From the NCBI RefSeq assembly GCF_009914755.1, contig NC_060941.1: a DNA stretch of 64,000 bases. One strand, 5' to 3'. The position numbers and the translations under genes were made by a program. Source of the stretch: the human T2T-CHM13v2.0 reference genome, Homo sapiens. The first letter of the stretch is position 1. Every line of letters begins with the position of its first letter. Below are positions 42,153 to 58,343 of this stretch, in pieces. Below the pieces are notes generated by a model. That model saw only the letters and a program-made list of their open reading frames with translations, had not been told where the DNA came from and did not search any database.

Positions 42153-42605
42153 GGCTGACACACGTGGTACACGTGGGCCCTGCACAACCTGCAGCCTGAA
42201 GCTCCACCAAGCTCAGATGGGACGACGTGCTTGGGGGCCACATTCACCTTCCATCACATTCCATCCCAGTGGCAGAGCTGGGAAACTTTGGAAGAACTGG
42301 TCTCATTTTGCAGTTCTCACCCAGATGTTTGGCATGGTTTTGGCACTGCCAACAATGCCTTCCAGGAGGTTAAAGACCTGGAATTTCGCCTGAAGAGAGG
42401 GAGGTGTGGAGGAAGCTGATCAAGCCTCAGAAGTGGGGATCTATGGAGGACAAAAACTAGCTCCGCTCTCCACTGAGGAGGGCACACAAGGACGTGGTGT
42501 TGAGGGACCATCTCCTTGTGTGGCGATGCTAAGCAGGAAGGCTGTGGGGCCAGAAAGAGCTCTTTCAAGAGATAGTGAGTGATGCAGTTTAAAGAACAGA
42601 GACCT

Positions 42606-43542
<937 letters not shown>

Positions 43543-43627
43543 CTACTGTTTTTTTCTTTAGGCAGCACCTAGCACAGTGGCTGGCACATAGTAGGCCTTC
43601 AAGTGCTTGAAGCATGTACTACCTAGG

Positions 43628-43810
43628 GTGGTGGTCTCAACCAGGCCAATTTGGACCCCTAGGGAACAGTGGGCAATGTCTGCAGACATTTTTGGTTGTC
43701 ACAACTAGGGGGAAGGCATCTAGTGGGAAGAGGCTAATGCACAGGGCACCCCCCGCCTACAACAAAGAATTATCTACCAGATGATCAACAGTGCCAAGTT
43801 CTAGAGACCG
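43628..43810 (+). mobile_element. MER20
   Basis: GGCAATGTCTGCAGACATTTTTGGTTGTCACAACT...GGCATCTAGTGGG...ACAACAAAGAATTATC. Confidence 0.88.
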
Positions 43811-43866
43811 ACGGTCTTCCACTCTACCAAATGAGTCATCAAAGTACACGACAGTGCCAAGTTCTA

Positions 43867-44439
<573 letters not shown>

Positions 44440-45066
44440 TTATTTTATAGGCTTTTCCTGAGATATTAGGGGGTTTCCATCAGGAGTGGATCCCTTCCAA
44501 ACCACAAGGCAATGAAAAGTCCTGCATGTGGGACTGATGTGCTGGTGTGTATGTGCTTTAGGAGCGAGAAAGACAGCAACATAAACCCTGTGCATCAAAG
44601 CCAAATCCCTCTACACTCAAGTTCCAACTTGCAGAAATTTTTATAGCCAAGTAATGATATGCAAAGCTGATGGCCTTTTAATTATAGCAGTTCCGTGTGG
44701 GGAGAAATAGGAGAACTATTATAATAAGGAGACACAGTAAGCAAAAGAACACCTTTGAATGGGCATTTTCTTGCTGGGGTAAAGGTAACATGGGGGGTTG
44801 GGGGGCGATACCCCACAGGGTTCCAAGCATGTCACCCACATTCTTTGTCTTGACAATATGCCCGTGAAACACACAGAGTAAGGTTTCCTGCCCCCACTTT
44901 TCTGATGATCTGTTTCTCCATGGCCAAACTGAAGTCCAGACAGATTCAGTCCTTAAATCCATTTTGGAAAACTGTTAACATCCATGGCCAACCAAGATCA
45001 ACTCAGAGTTTTCAGAAACCAAGAACCTGAATGAACATAGGAGATGTTTAGCTATCTTCTATCTCA

Positions 45067-45690
<624 letters not shown>

Positions 45691-46029
45691 GTGGTGCTAG
45701 GCTCCCTTTCTGGAGAACAGCTCCCCAGTTTTCCCATCATTTAGATTAAAGAAGTCAAAGATGCGGCTAGATTCACTGGTCCTAAGGAATAACAGTAAAG
45801 ATGAGGATGTATGTTGACAAATCCCTTTTATTTGATACGCTTTTCAGTGGGTCCTGCAAGGCCCTGAATTTTATGGTAGACTCTATGCATAAAGTGATGC
45901 TGTCCCTCAAAAAAGCCAAAGCGCCATCTGTGTGCATTTTATCCACAAACCAATGGAATCAACCATGAAGGACCAGGGGTATGAAGGTCCCCTCTCATAC
46001 CTTAGCATGACCTGGCAGTTCCCTGGGGG

Positions 46030-46490
46030 GGTCCTCTTCCCCTCTCAGTCCATGTGGTTTAGCTGGAGCTCCAGTCCAAGCTCTAGGGATAAACTGTGAC
46101 CCTACCCTGAACAATGGGTGCAACTCCATCTCTCTAGCCACAGTGATTGGTCCAAGAGGGAGTAAGTGGCCCAAGTTGGTCTATTAGGATTCCAAGGGAG
46201 CTATTGAGAGGAGACGGTCTATTTTGTTTGGACTTGAACCTGGGAGGATATAGGGCTGGAGTCATTAGCAGGAAGCCATCTTAACACCATTAGAAATGGG
46301 CAATCATGCCTATGCTGAAGAGAGCAGAGCTGAGGGAGAGAAAAAATAAGCAGAGACCTGATGATATAATTTGAGCCTCTGGACCAAACTGTGCCTGAAA
46401 CCAGCATCCCAGACTCTTCAGGTCCATGAACCAGTAAATTCTCTTTTTAGTTTAGGACAATATGAATTGTGTTTCTGTGTCTTGCAAATG
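46030..46490 (+). mobile_element. Old MaLR LTR (MLT1K-like)
   Basis: GCCACAGTGATTGGTCCA...TTTGAGCCTCTGGACCAAACTGTGCCTGAA...CCAGTAAATTC. Confidence 0.65.
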
Positions 46491-48094
46491 ATATAAATGA
46501 AAACTAGAAACATGTCATTAAAGGAGACGCAAAAGTACACTATAATGATACTTTTATAGTGAAGACAGTGGGGAAAAGGCGGTTATCAAGGTCCTGCTCC
46601 CTCTCCCCCAACCTTTATCTTAAAGGAGAATGTAAACTTTTGTAGAACATGAGGAATGTGGTTGAATTTATATGTTCCATATTAATAAGTACAGCTGATT
46701 GCAACTATTATCAGTAAATTCATAGAATTGGTTCCTGTGTAAGTTATTTACCCAGCTGCATCAATTCTCTCATCCACAGCCACAATGTACCCTTGACACC
46801 AGCTGGCCACTTGTAACGATGGGATCTGGGTGACAGGCTGGATTAAGGGTGAATGGGTTGGCCCATCTCTTCCATCTGAAGGTCAACATCAAAGGTGTGG
46901 CACCCTAGCAGACAGAGGGCTACCTAACTCGATGGCGGAGGTTGGATTTTGGAATCAACCATGAAGGACCAAGAGTATGAAGGTCCCTGCTCTTACATTA
47001 ATGTGACCCAGCAGTTCCCTGGGGGAACCCTCTTCACCTCTCAGTCCATGTGGTTCAGCTGGGGCTCCATTCTGAGCTCCAGGGATCAGACTGTGAGCCT
47101 ACCGTCGACAACGGGTACAATTCCATCTCTTTGTAGTGAATGTGCGACATTCACTACAGCAAAAATCTTTTGCCTGGACCAGTTACTTACTTTATTAATC
47201 CTGGATCCAGAGAGTAAAGATCAAGGAAGCACATTTCTTCCTCCCAATGGTTCTATTCTCTGTACATTTTTTATTCCAAGGCCCCCAGAAAACTTTCAGC
47301 TATTTTCTGGTCCCCAGGACACGTGGCTGCCAGCTCTCTGCCATCTTGGGAAGTTTAAGTGTGAGGGACCAACTGGCCAGATGGAGCCTCAGGTGTTTGG
47401 GACCTGCTGGAACCGGCAAACAGCTGCCTGCCGACACCTTGGGTTTCAGATGTGGGGTGTCATCGTGTTTGTTTTCCTTCTGATTGAATTATTCATGTCT
47501 CATTTGTGCACTTCCCTGAAACAATCTCTTCTAGATGTATTTAGAAACTTGAGTCTCTGCGGTTTGTCTGGACTGGTTTCTATTTGAGAAGAAGGGGAGT
47601 TTGCTTGTCTAAAGCAAAGAAAAATGGGTTGTACACAAGTCACAGTATCCTTGATTTTCTGTCTCATATACTTCTTTAGTTCTCTCCAGGAATCAGGATT
47701 CCTGATGGAATGCCTTCCTTCCCTTTGGAAACTCCCAGTGGAGCACAGGGGCGTGTCTTGCCAACTCTGTAGTGTTCCTAAAGAATTCTCAATTCTCAAA
47801 GAACACTCTGGCAAAGAAAGAATGGGAAACACATTGCAAGCTTAAAGGGCAGTGGCAAAACAAATAATTACTGAGCCTGTTGGTAAACAGACCCAAGGAG
47901 ACAAGTGAATTCAGCTTGTTCACTCTTGCCTGTCAGAAAGAATTTAATACCACCCTGCTTCTGTTTTTCTTCCCCTCATGACCCAAGTTAGAGCTTGCTT
48001 AATTTCTGTTTACAATGTAAGTCTCATGGGGAAGAAGGGGGAGAGGTCTGGCCAGAGTAGGGAAGAGGATCTGCCTTCCCAGGGAGTGCTCCCT

Positions 48095-48257
48095 ATGGAA
48101 GAGTGGTTCTCATCCTGTCTGCCCAACAGCTACCTGAAGAGCCTGGGCCCCAGCCCAACACAATTCAAACAGAATCACTGAGTAACAGGGCCCAGGCATC
48201 AGTATTTGAAAGTTCTCCACTTGATTCCAACGTGTAGTCAAGGTTTAGAACCACTGC
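48095..48257 (-). mobile_element. MER5A-like
   Basis: GAGTGGTTCTCA...CAGAATCACTG...GGGCCCAGGCATCAGTATTT...TTTAGAACCACTG. Confidence 0.7.
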
Positions 48258-48267
48258 TCTAGGGCCG

Positions 48268-48425
48268 GGCTCTATCCAATATGGTAGCCATGGGTTATGT
48301 GTGGCCGTTGAGCACCTGAAATATGGTGAATCCAAATTGAGATGTGCTGTAAATGTAAATATACAGTGGATTTTTGAGAGTTAGTATGAAAAAGAGAATG
48401 TAAACTATCTCATTAGCAATTTTGC
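48268..48425 (+). mobile_element. MER3-like (hAT-Charlie)
   Basis: TCCAATATGGTAGCCA...TTGAGCACCTGAAATATGG..ATCCAAATTGAGATGTGCTGTAAATGTAAA. Confidence 0.75.
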
Positions 48426-48427
48426 TA

Positions 48428-48750
48428 GGCCGGGCATCATGGCTCATGTGTGTAATCCCAGCATTTTGGGAGGCTGAAGCAGGAGGACTGCTTGAGCCCT
48501 GGAGTTAGAGACCAGCCTGGGCAACATAGGAAGACCCCCATTGCTACAAAAAATGTTTCTTTAAGTAGCTGGGTGTAGGGGTCCACACCTGTAATCCCAG
48601 CTACTTTGGAGGCTGAAGTGAGAGGATCATATGAGCCCAGGAGTTGGCAGTTGCAGTGAGCTATGAGCATGCCACTGTACTCTACCCTGGATGACAGAGC
48701 AAGACAGAAAGAGACCCCGAATGACAGATGTCTCAAAAACAACAAAGAAA
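48428..48750 (+). mobile_element. AluJ
   Basis: Diverged dimer with J diagnostics. Confidence 0.93.
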
Positions 48751-49439
48751 ATAAGTTTTGCTATATTGATTACAACTGACACAATGTGGACCTGTCCCAA
48801 GTGAGAATATGTATACATGTATAGGCAGGGAGACACTGGTGGTACTGCAGGGCAGACAGGAAAGCAAATAAAGATCACTTAAGGAGGAGAAATATTGAAG
48901 AACTCCTGTGTCATCAAGCAACTATGAACACATCATCATCTCCACATTTACGAGTTGCACAAAGTCCCGATCATTCCCTCTGGCACCCCTACATCCACAT
49001 GGGTACACATCCTTGTTCTGTTATATTAAGTCAGGGTTCATCTTGTTTCCACCAAAGAGAAAACGGTTAGGAAGGCAAAGCGTACGGCATGGAATAATAA
49101 TTGCCAAGCAAAAGCCAAAGTTCAGCCTTGAAGCCTCTTTTTATCCATTCTTCTCAAGCATGGCAAAAATATCCTCAAAGGACAACCAGTTTAAACGATA
49201 AGGGTTTTATCAGTAAGAGGCAAGTCAATAGAATTTAAAGATAAACACATAATCAATTCTAATTTCTGCAGAACAATAACTACACTATAATAATTTTGTA
49301 CCAGACATGGTAGTCAATCTGCTTGCCAAGTCCATTGTACAGAACCAGACTGCTCCACTCCAGTTCCGAGGTTCTCCTGGACTCTGGACATTGGCCACTT
49401 GCCCTGTATCCTGCTTGAGCAGCCCCAGCAATTCTCATG

Positions 49440-49855
49440 TGTGATGGTTAATTTTATGTGTCAACTTGACTGGGCCAGGAGGTGCCCAGATATTTGGTCA
49501 CACATTCTGGGTGTTTTTGTGAGGGCTTTTGGATGAGATAAGCATTTTAATTGGTACAGTAGGCCAGACTGCCCTCCTGAATCTAAGTGGGCCTCATCCA
49601 AGTAAGTTGAAGGCTTGAATAGAACAAAAAGACTGATCCACCACCAAGTAGGAAAAGGAAAAATACTCTCCAGCAGACTGCCTTTGAACTAGAACCACAC
49701 CATCAACTCTCCTGGGTCTTGAATCTGCCAGCCCACTGTGTGAATTTGGACTTGCTGGCTCCCATAATCACATGAGCAAATTCTTCATAACAAATCTCTT
49801 TCTATATATACACATCCTATTGGTTCTGTCTCTCCAGAGAACCTTGACTGGTACA
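49440..49855 (+). mobile_element. MLT2 (ERVL) solo LTR
   Basis: TGTGATGGTTAATTTTATGTGTCAACTTGACTGGGCC...TCCTATTGGTTCTGTCTCTCCAGAGAACCTTGACTGGTACA. Confidence 0.9.
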
Positions 49856-50237
49856 TCATGTCATTCTTGCCTACAGCCTGTTACCTCATCTCCTAATATC
49901 GGGGATGGTCTCAGGGACCCCCAAGTTCAGGAAGACCCATGGCCACAGCATTGCTTCTCCATTCTTCTACAATCTCTCTGCCCTTTCCAAGGAGAGTTCA
50001 CTCAGCAGTTCCATTCAGTCTCCTTGAAGATATTCTTCCCAACCCATGACTGAGCATCAAGATTGACTTGTTTTGAGAAGCTGTAGCTAGCTCAATGATA
50101 AGCCTTGGATTTGCTTTCTTGCCTTCCTGTGTTGTTCACTTCCTTTTCACTTTTGCTTCTGCGGCAGCACACTGCTCACAACTCATAACGCATGAACTTT
50201 GCCTTTGGCTCTGTTTTCTGAGAAACCTAGGCAAAGC

Positions 50238-50548
50238 CTTTTTTCTTTTCTTTTTTTTTTTTTTGAGACGGAGTCTCGCGCTGTTGCCCAGGCTGGAGTG
50301 CAGTGACGCGATCTCGGCTCACTACAAGCTCTGCCTCCCAGGTTCATGCCATTCTCCTGCCTCAGCCTCCTGAGCAGCTGGGACTACAGGCGCCTGCCAC
50401 CACACCCAGCTAATTTTTGTTGTATTTTTTAGTAGAGACAGGGTTTCACCATCTTAGCCAGGATCGTCTCAATCTTCTGACCTCGTGATCCATCTACCTC
50501 GGCCTCCCAAAGTGCTGGGATTACAGGCGTGAGCCACCGCGCCCGGCC
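50238..50548 (-). mobile_element. AluY
   Basis: AAGCTCTGCCTCCC..GCCATTCTCC diagnostics; near-TSD AAGCCTTTTT. Confidence 0.96.
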
Positions 50549-50599
50549 AAGCCTTTTTCTTTTTAAACTCACTTGCCTGATGAGGAAATAGCTGAGTGC

Positions 50600-50708
50600 T
50601 TTTTTATTGTGGAGACAGGGTCTCATTATGTTGCTCAGGCTCCAGTGATCCTCCCACCTCAGCCTCCCAAAGTGCTGGGAATACAAGTGCATGTCCCCAT
50701 GCCTGGCT
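50600..50708 (-). mobile_element. Alu left monomer (FLAM-like)
   Basis: GAGACAGGGTCTCATTATGTTGCTCAGGCT...CCTCCCAAAGTGCTGGGA. Confidence 0.8.
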
Positions 50709-51629
50709 TGAGCTCTTTCTTGATAGGTGTGCTCACCAATTGGCCCAGGTGTGGACACCTGCCTCAAGAGATCTGATGTATAGGCTGCTCTTTCACCTAT
50801 TGCTTGAGGGTTTCTCCTTGAACAGAGATGAGCTGAGCCAAATATCTTCCTTCTCACTTAATTAAAACTTGATAAAGAAAAAGGTATTCAATGGACAATG
50901 GCTGTTGGGCAAAGAAATGATGAAGGAAGTTTGTGTGTGTGCACGTAAGTGTATGAGAGAGACAGGGAGAGAGAGAGAACTTTCCAGGTTCAATTTCAGT
51001 TCATGAAGCTGAAGATTTTCTTGCCCCTATTTCCTGTATCCTTTCAGTGAATGTCCCTTTTCACTTCTAATTGCTGATCAACCTGAACTTAACTCTTTTA
51101 TAAGTAACCTGCTTTTCCTATCTGGATGGTTTTGTGATATTTTATGTATCTGCAACTCAAAAGTTTTCCCAGGATATGTCACATTGCAATTTTCTTTTCA
51201 TTAAATTCAACTAAAATGTGGTTGATTTCTTTTGAGCTGCATCCTCAGATTATTTTCCCCTCAGGTTCCAGAGGTTTTATTTTCAATTATAATTTTGATT
51301 GTTGCTCCTGTTCAAATTGATCTGGTTGCTCTTTGAGGAACATGCAGAAGTCTCTGGGTCATCTGTTCTGCCAACCACACCTATTGCTTCCCCTGTCTCT
51401 CTTAATTTCCCTCTTCGTCCTTTGCTTACAGGGAGAATATATCATTTTTCTTTCATACAGCCAGCATGCTTTTCTACAATGCCAGTGCTGTTCTTATCTC
51501 CTGCCAGTGACTTTCTACTCTGGCACCATGATTTCAGTTCCCCTGTGGTTCTCATTTTTTAAATCCACCCACCTTTGTTTTCACCTTGATTTGTTTTCTT
51601 TGAATCACATCCTGTTATTCTTTCATCTC

Positions 51630-51996
51630 TGCTTTGGCTTGAATGTGTATGTCCCTCCAAAATTCATATGTTGAAACCAAAGACCCAGTGCAGTAGTATT
51701 AAGAGGTGGGGCTTTTGGGGAAGTGATTAAGTCATGAGGGCTCCACCCTCAAGCATGAGATTAGTGCTCTTATAAAAGAGGTTGAAGGGAACACCCAAGT
51801 CTTTTTTGCCCTCTTGCCATATGAGGACACAACAAGGTGCCATTTGTGGAGCAGAGAGCAAGCCCTTCACCAGACACAGAATCTTCTGGTGCCTTGATCT
51901 TGGACTTTACAGCCTCTAGAACTGTGAGAAATAAATTTCAACTATTCATAAATTACCCTGTCTATTTTGTTGTAGCAGCATGAATGAACTAAGACA
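51630..51996 (+). mobile_element. MST/MLT1A-type MaLR solo LTR
   Basis: TG...CA termini; 5-bp TSD ATCTC at 51625-51629 and 51997-52001; CCAAAATTCATATGTTGAAACC. Confidence 0.9.
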
Positions 51997-52529
51997 ATCT
52001 CCACCTTATAAATCTTATAAATTGTTGATTTTATTTCCAAGAAGCCACGTAGTGTCTTCCTAGATTATTTTAGTTGAATGAGAATTTGATTTTTCTTCCT
52101 CCAACTCCACTACTGGCTTTAAAATTAGGGGAAATTCTGCCCAGATGTTGCTGTCTTTATTTTTAGCATTGTTGAGCAAGTTTTCATCATTTTAATGTCT
52201 TCACACAGGGCTTCTGGCAAGATGCTATTTTAAACCAAATGGCCCAAAGTGAAGCTTCTAGAATACAATTCCAATCACATCCTCCCTCCCCCTTTTAAAG
52301 CCCTTTAGTGTCTCTGCTTTGCTCTTGCGACAGAATTGCACAACCTTCATACAGCATGCAAGGCCTCTGATGATGTGGGTCCTGCCTACCTTTGCAGCCT
52401 CTCCCTTTCCTCCTTCCCCACCTGCCTGCCTAATTCTTATGCAATCCTCAGGACTCAGCCTGGTTGCCTAAGGCAGGCTCTGCTCATTATTCCCTTATCC
52501 ATTCCTCAATAGGAAAAGAATCCCTGATC

Positions 52530-52960
52530 CTTGGCTGGACACAAGGTTGCATGGAATAAAGACAGCCTCCCTTGCAGCTAGGTGAGAACATGTAACTAAG
52601 CTTCTGGCCAAAAAAATGTGAAGGGGAAAAGACGGGTGCAACTTCCGGACAGGTCCTTAAAGGGGGGAAGTGTATTTCTTCTTTACTCCCTCTGCCTCCA
52701 TCCCACTATTTGGGATGTGGAAATGATGGCCGAGTACCACTGTGGACCAAGGGGCTAGAGATGGTAAAGTAGAAATCTAGACACAATCTAAGTCACAGAT
52801 GACCGTGGTGTCATGCTACTTAACTCTAGGTGAGAGAGAAATCAACTTCTTATTTATACCATTATAAATTTGGATTCTGTTACAAAGAGCAAACCCATAT
52901 TCTAAATACTACAGAACTGGCACTGTAAGTGAAGTACTGCAAGTAACAAGACCTAACCAT
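52530..52960 (+). mobile_element. Old ERVL/MaLR LTR, possibly with the start of its internal region
   Basis: CAGCCTCCCTTGCAGCTAGG...CATGTAACTAAG.TTCTGGCCAA motif; subfamily uncertain. Confidence 0.55.
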
Positions 52961-55089
52961 GGGGCAACAGCTTCCTGGAAGCCCTTGAGTGCAGGCGGTG
53001 GGGACACAGGAACATTTAGGCTGCAAAGCTGGAGATTCCCATCAGGTTGAGCAACACCGTGAGTGACATCTCCCCTGGCTGCCCCTTGATGGTCATAGCT
53101 CTGGGGGGAATTTTTCTGTAGGAAAAATTCAGAAGTGTGGCATGTGCTCACTTTTAGAAAATTCTAACGAAAGACATGAACAGCCAGAAATGGAAAGGAA
53201 CAGACTTGTGCAAGAAAAGAACCTTTCTCTGTCTCCTGCTTTCTAAATTGATGGAAAGGCCCTTAATTTGAGAAAATGCTTCTGTACCTTGAACAGAAGC
53301 AGTTAAAATGAAGGCTGCAAAGCACAGGGCTTAGTGAGGGATTAGACTGATGCCTTGTCCTACAAGGTCTGCTGGCAGAGGTGGGACAAAGACTGTTGCC
53401 TCCCCATGCAAGCACATTTGTTTCAGAAGACTCAAAGTTGTTGTCATTAAGCTGAGAGGGAGCAGATGGGCTGAGCCAGAGACCTATAGAGAAAGGACTG
53501 GGTCTTCAAGAAGGAAGACAGACAGGGGACAGGCTCCAAAGACATGTGACATATGTGGACTTCTTCTCCCTGTTTTCATCTGCCTGTGGCAGGGCCTGCC
53601 TGCCTATTTGAGCTAGCCTGCCGGGGGATAACACAGTCAACCTTGCTGGGCAGCGTAAGGTATTTACCAAACGCTAGAGGCCAGTTCTCACTCCATCTTG
53701 AAAGACCAAAGAAAAATAACAACAAAGGTCAACCCTCCCTTTATTTTTTTTGAAAGCTTCTACTGAGTTTCAGTTAATAGAGTTTTGTTTTTTAATAGAA
53801 GGTGATCTAAAAGGCAATATGGAGAGAACACTTGCAGGATGTCTTGGATCCACCTAAAATTTTGGATGGCCTTACCAGAAAGCAGTGTTTGTGAGTTTTG
53901 ATGTTAGAATTTTCAGTGTGCTTTGAAAGGTGTCCAGTGCTTTGCCAGGCGACATGAGGAACTTTCCACGAAGCTTGAAGGTAACCCTCCCCTAGAAAGC
54001 TGCGGTGCTTCCTTGTTTCCTCACCCACAAAGACCCTTAGTCAAAGGATACACATTCATGTATTTTACTAGACAACAGAGTGAAACATTTTTTTAAAAAA
54101 TTTTTACCTTGAAAATCTATATTGTGGGTCAGAGTGGAGATATGATCAGCAGCAGGCCAAGGGACAGGCCAAGGAATCCCGGATCCACAATAGGAACAGA
54201 TAAGACATGACATGAGGGCATGGGGAGAGGTGAAGTCAGTCGGTGTCAGGAAGGCAGGTTAAGTCCAGGGCAGGAAACCAAGTTCAAGACCCTGCAGATG
54301 AGGGGGCAATGGAAAAGTCAGTGCCAATAAGGAAGGATGGATTAGCAGCTCAAGATTCAAGCAGACAAGACAGTCCTAAGAGTCCAGGTACAGGGGAAGG
54401 TAAACAGGAAGAAGCAGGTTCGAGCAGGCAAGACATGGCATTGAAGCCCGGGGTGATAAGACTTAGCCCGTGGAGTTCGTGGTGGAGACTTCTGGATCCA
54501 CAGACCAGGTTTGTAACAGGGTAAGAATCTCGGCTGAAAGATTAGGAGCCACAGTCCTAAAGCCTGGGTCAGAAACTGGGTAACGAGGTGGGAGCCAAGC
54601 ACAGGTGAGCAGCAGCATCTCCCTGTTTCTCCATCCACAAAGGCCCTTGGTCACCTTGATAGTGGGCCCGCATCTTACAAAGCAGGAGCTCCTCCTGCAC
54701 TCCCAGCCAGGGTGTAGATGGGAGAGTTTCCAGGGGGAGGCAGCAGCCCCACACCACTGTCCTAGACAAACCACATTACCCTTAATACAGATTAGTGACT
54801 GCCAGGTCAACAGAGTGAAACCCGAAGGGTTCTCATACATTGCCCTTAACTCAGTCATCAAACTCTTCTTCTTCCTCCTCCTCCTCTGGATCCCAATCTC
54901 TCCGAAAGGTATTAATAGCCAACTAGCTGTACACATAAAAAAAACTGGGAGGGGTTTCTAGCCATTCTCAACCCCTATATCTAATTGGACCCCAAGTCTA
55001 GCTGATTTTATTATACTTACAAAATGGTAAAACCAAATCCTTCCCCTGCAATGTTCTTCCATCACCTCCCTGCCATCCCTCATCTGAGG

Positions 55090-55305
55090 GTGATAATAAC
55101 AGCTATAACTTCTCTCATTCCAGGGCTGTGCTAGATGCTTTTCAAGTGCACTCTCGCTGAATCCCCCAACACTTTGACCCTGGAGTCATTCATAGGCCCA
55201 TTATACAGATTTTAAAAAAGCAAACTGAGGCCCAGAGAAGTGAAATGACATTTCAAAGCTCACCCAGCTGGTAAATAATAACGTCAGGGACCTCAAATTT
55301 AGATC
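55090..55305 (-). mobile_element. MIR SINE
   Basis: CCCATTATACAGAT...AAACTGAGGCCCAGAGAAGTGAAATGAC...CACCCAGCTGGTAAAT. Confidence 0.8.
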
Positions 55306-55307
55306 TA

Positions 55308-55755
<448 letters not shown>

Positions 55756-56347
55756 TACTGTTCAATAATGGGTCGCCAAAAAAGGAAGGAAGCAGGTAAG
55801 AAGCGCAGCAGCCAAGTTCATAACCCTGCTGCTGACAGTGTCAACATCCACCTCCTGCTGAGTGCCTGCTACGCAACCAGTACCACCCAAGGGCTTTCCT
55901 TCCACTTTCATTTACCCCTTCAGGAAATCCCATTTACAGATGAGGAACCTGATCCTTAACAAGGAGAAAGAGCTTGAGTTTGCACACCGTGTCTGTGTTG
56001 AGCCTCCTTGGTAAAGACCAGAGAACACCACCTTTTTGTGATTATGGGGCTGTCCCCAAACCTGTCAGGAAGGCGGATGACATGGTCTGCAGCTGTTCAC
56101 CTCCTGCGGACTGCCCTGTTTCAGATCTGGGTTCATGGAGTGTGTCACCTGCCTGGCTGAAGAAGGAACGTGGCCGTACTTGTGAAGCTAATAGTGAGAG
56201 GTTCATTTGTTTAAACAGCAGTTGGTGGAAAAGCATGGAATCAAGGATCTTTACACGTACATATTCAAAACCACTTCACCTCGCATCTTGCATCCATGTA
56301 GCCCCTTCATGCTCACAATTTTTCCTCTCGTGATGTCTATTCTCACT

Positions 56348-56405
56348 CAGGGCCAACTCCACGGGTGTGCGACCAGTGCAGCATCCCAGGGTCTGCACTC
56401 AGGAG
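56348..56405 (+). mobile_element. MER45A-like terminal fragment
   Basis: CAGGGCCAACTCCACGGGTGTGCGACCAGTGCAG resembles the recalled MER45 5' end. Confidence 0.5.
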
Positions 56406-56544
56406 GAGGTAAGGGTTGGCTGCATACATCTCATGCACCCAGCCACGAAAGGGGCCCCGGGAGCCCGCAAGAGGCTCTCTCCTCCAGGAAGTACCCCTCT
56501 GCCCAAGGGCACAATGTTACAAGGCAGATAAGACGCACCATGAC

Positions 56545-57000
56545 TAAGTTCTTCAAAAAATTAAAAATCAAATTACCGAATGATTTAGCAATGCCTCTTC
56601 TGGCCATATACCCCAAAGAACCTCAAGTGGGGTCTTGAAGAGATATTCTTACATTCATGTTCACAAGCAGCACTATTCACAAGAGCTAAATGGTGAAACA
56701 GCCCAAGTGTTCATGGACAGATGAATGAACAAACAAAATGATGCATCCGTGCAACCTAATATTGTTCAGCCTTCAAAGGAAGAAAATTATGACACGTTAC
56801 AACATGATGACCCCTGAGGACATTATGCTAAGTGAAATAGGCCGGACACAAAGGGACAAATACTGTGTGATGCCACTTCTATGAGGTCCCTAGAGGAGTC
56901 ACATTCATAGAGACAGAAAGAAAATGGCAGTTGCCAGGGGCTGGGGGGAGATAAGGAATGGGGAGTTAGTGCCTAATGATTAATGTATACATAACATACC
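56545..57000 (+). mobile_element. L1MB-type 3' end
   Basis: Translation KKLKIKLPNDLAMPLLAIYPKE (L1 ORF2 C-terminus); GACATTATGCTAAGTGAAATAGGCC. Confidence 0.88.
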
Positions 57001-57009
57001 ATGTACCAT

Positions 57010-57328
<319 letters not shown>

Positions 57329-57994
57329 TAAGTGCACAGACAGGTCATGGTAAGTGTGAAAAAATACCTAACTCCCGCCCTCGTTCTCCTCGCACCCTCC
57401 CTGACCCACCCCAAAAAGGCCCAAGGGAGCCCCCCTGCATTCCCAACCTGCAGGCATGAGGTCATACAAGCGGGGTGTTGGGCAGAGGCCCCTGGCAGAT
57501 GGCAGGGTAGGGCCCCCAGCACTCCATTCTGGACAGAATGAAAACCTGACGACCTATCTGATGGAATTACACGGAAGAAAGGAAATTCGTCTTTTAAGAA
57601 CAAGCGGGAGGCGGATGACTGAAGTCCCAAAGAATGCTGTGGTTGAACCTTTTTTTTTTTGTTGTTTGTTTTCTGGCACAATCTGTCTCTATGACTGAGC
57701 TGAGTAACGTGTTTCCCGTGACAAAGGCCCCTTTCTTACGACAGTTTAATAGCTCCAATACGGGGGACAGCCCTGACTCTCCCATGGGCCAGCGTCTGAA
57801 GGCGGCCACAGAAAAAGGGAGGGAAAGCTGCCGCTCTTCTCCAAGTTGGTCCAGACTGAACTGAGAGAGTATAAGGAAAAAAAAAAATCGGAAACTTTAA
57901 CCCACTCCTGAAATAAAAAACAGAAGTTACCAAAGGGATGGGGAACACACATGCAGAGGCACAGAGAAGAATATGGATGAAAAAGTGGCCTCAG

Positions 57995-58294
57995 AGCCCG
58001 GTGTGGTGGCTCACGCCTGTAATCCCAGTACTTTGGGAAATCGAGGTGGGCGGATCACTTGAGGACAGGAGTTTGAGACCAACCTGGCCAACATGGTAAA
58101 ACCCCATCTCTACAAAAAATACAAAAATTAGCTGGGCGTGGTGGCAGGTGCCTGTAATCCCAGCTACTCAGGAGGCTGAGGCATGAGAATTGCTTGAACT
58201 CAGGGGGTGGAGGTTACAGTGAGCCAAGACGATGCCACTGCACTCCACCCTGGGAAACAGAGGGAGACCCTGTCTCAAAAAAAAAAAAAAAAAA

Positions 58295-58295
<1 letters not shown>
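57995..58295 (+). mobile_element. AluS
   Basis: Dimer; the TSD AAAAGTGGCCT flanks the Alu plus the microsatellite. Confidence 0.96.

Positions 58296-58343
<48 letters not shown>

Noticed and set aside
46752-46904. Possible 153-nt minus-strand exon (CTCTGTCTGCTAG| ... TGG|GTAAAT)
   Set aside because: Weak donor and stops in all three frames; indistinguishable from chance without RNA data
46949-47587. 212-aa ORF
   Set aside because: TTG start, overlaps the duplicated LTR-like segment, no recognisable domain or exon structure
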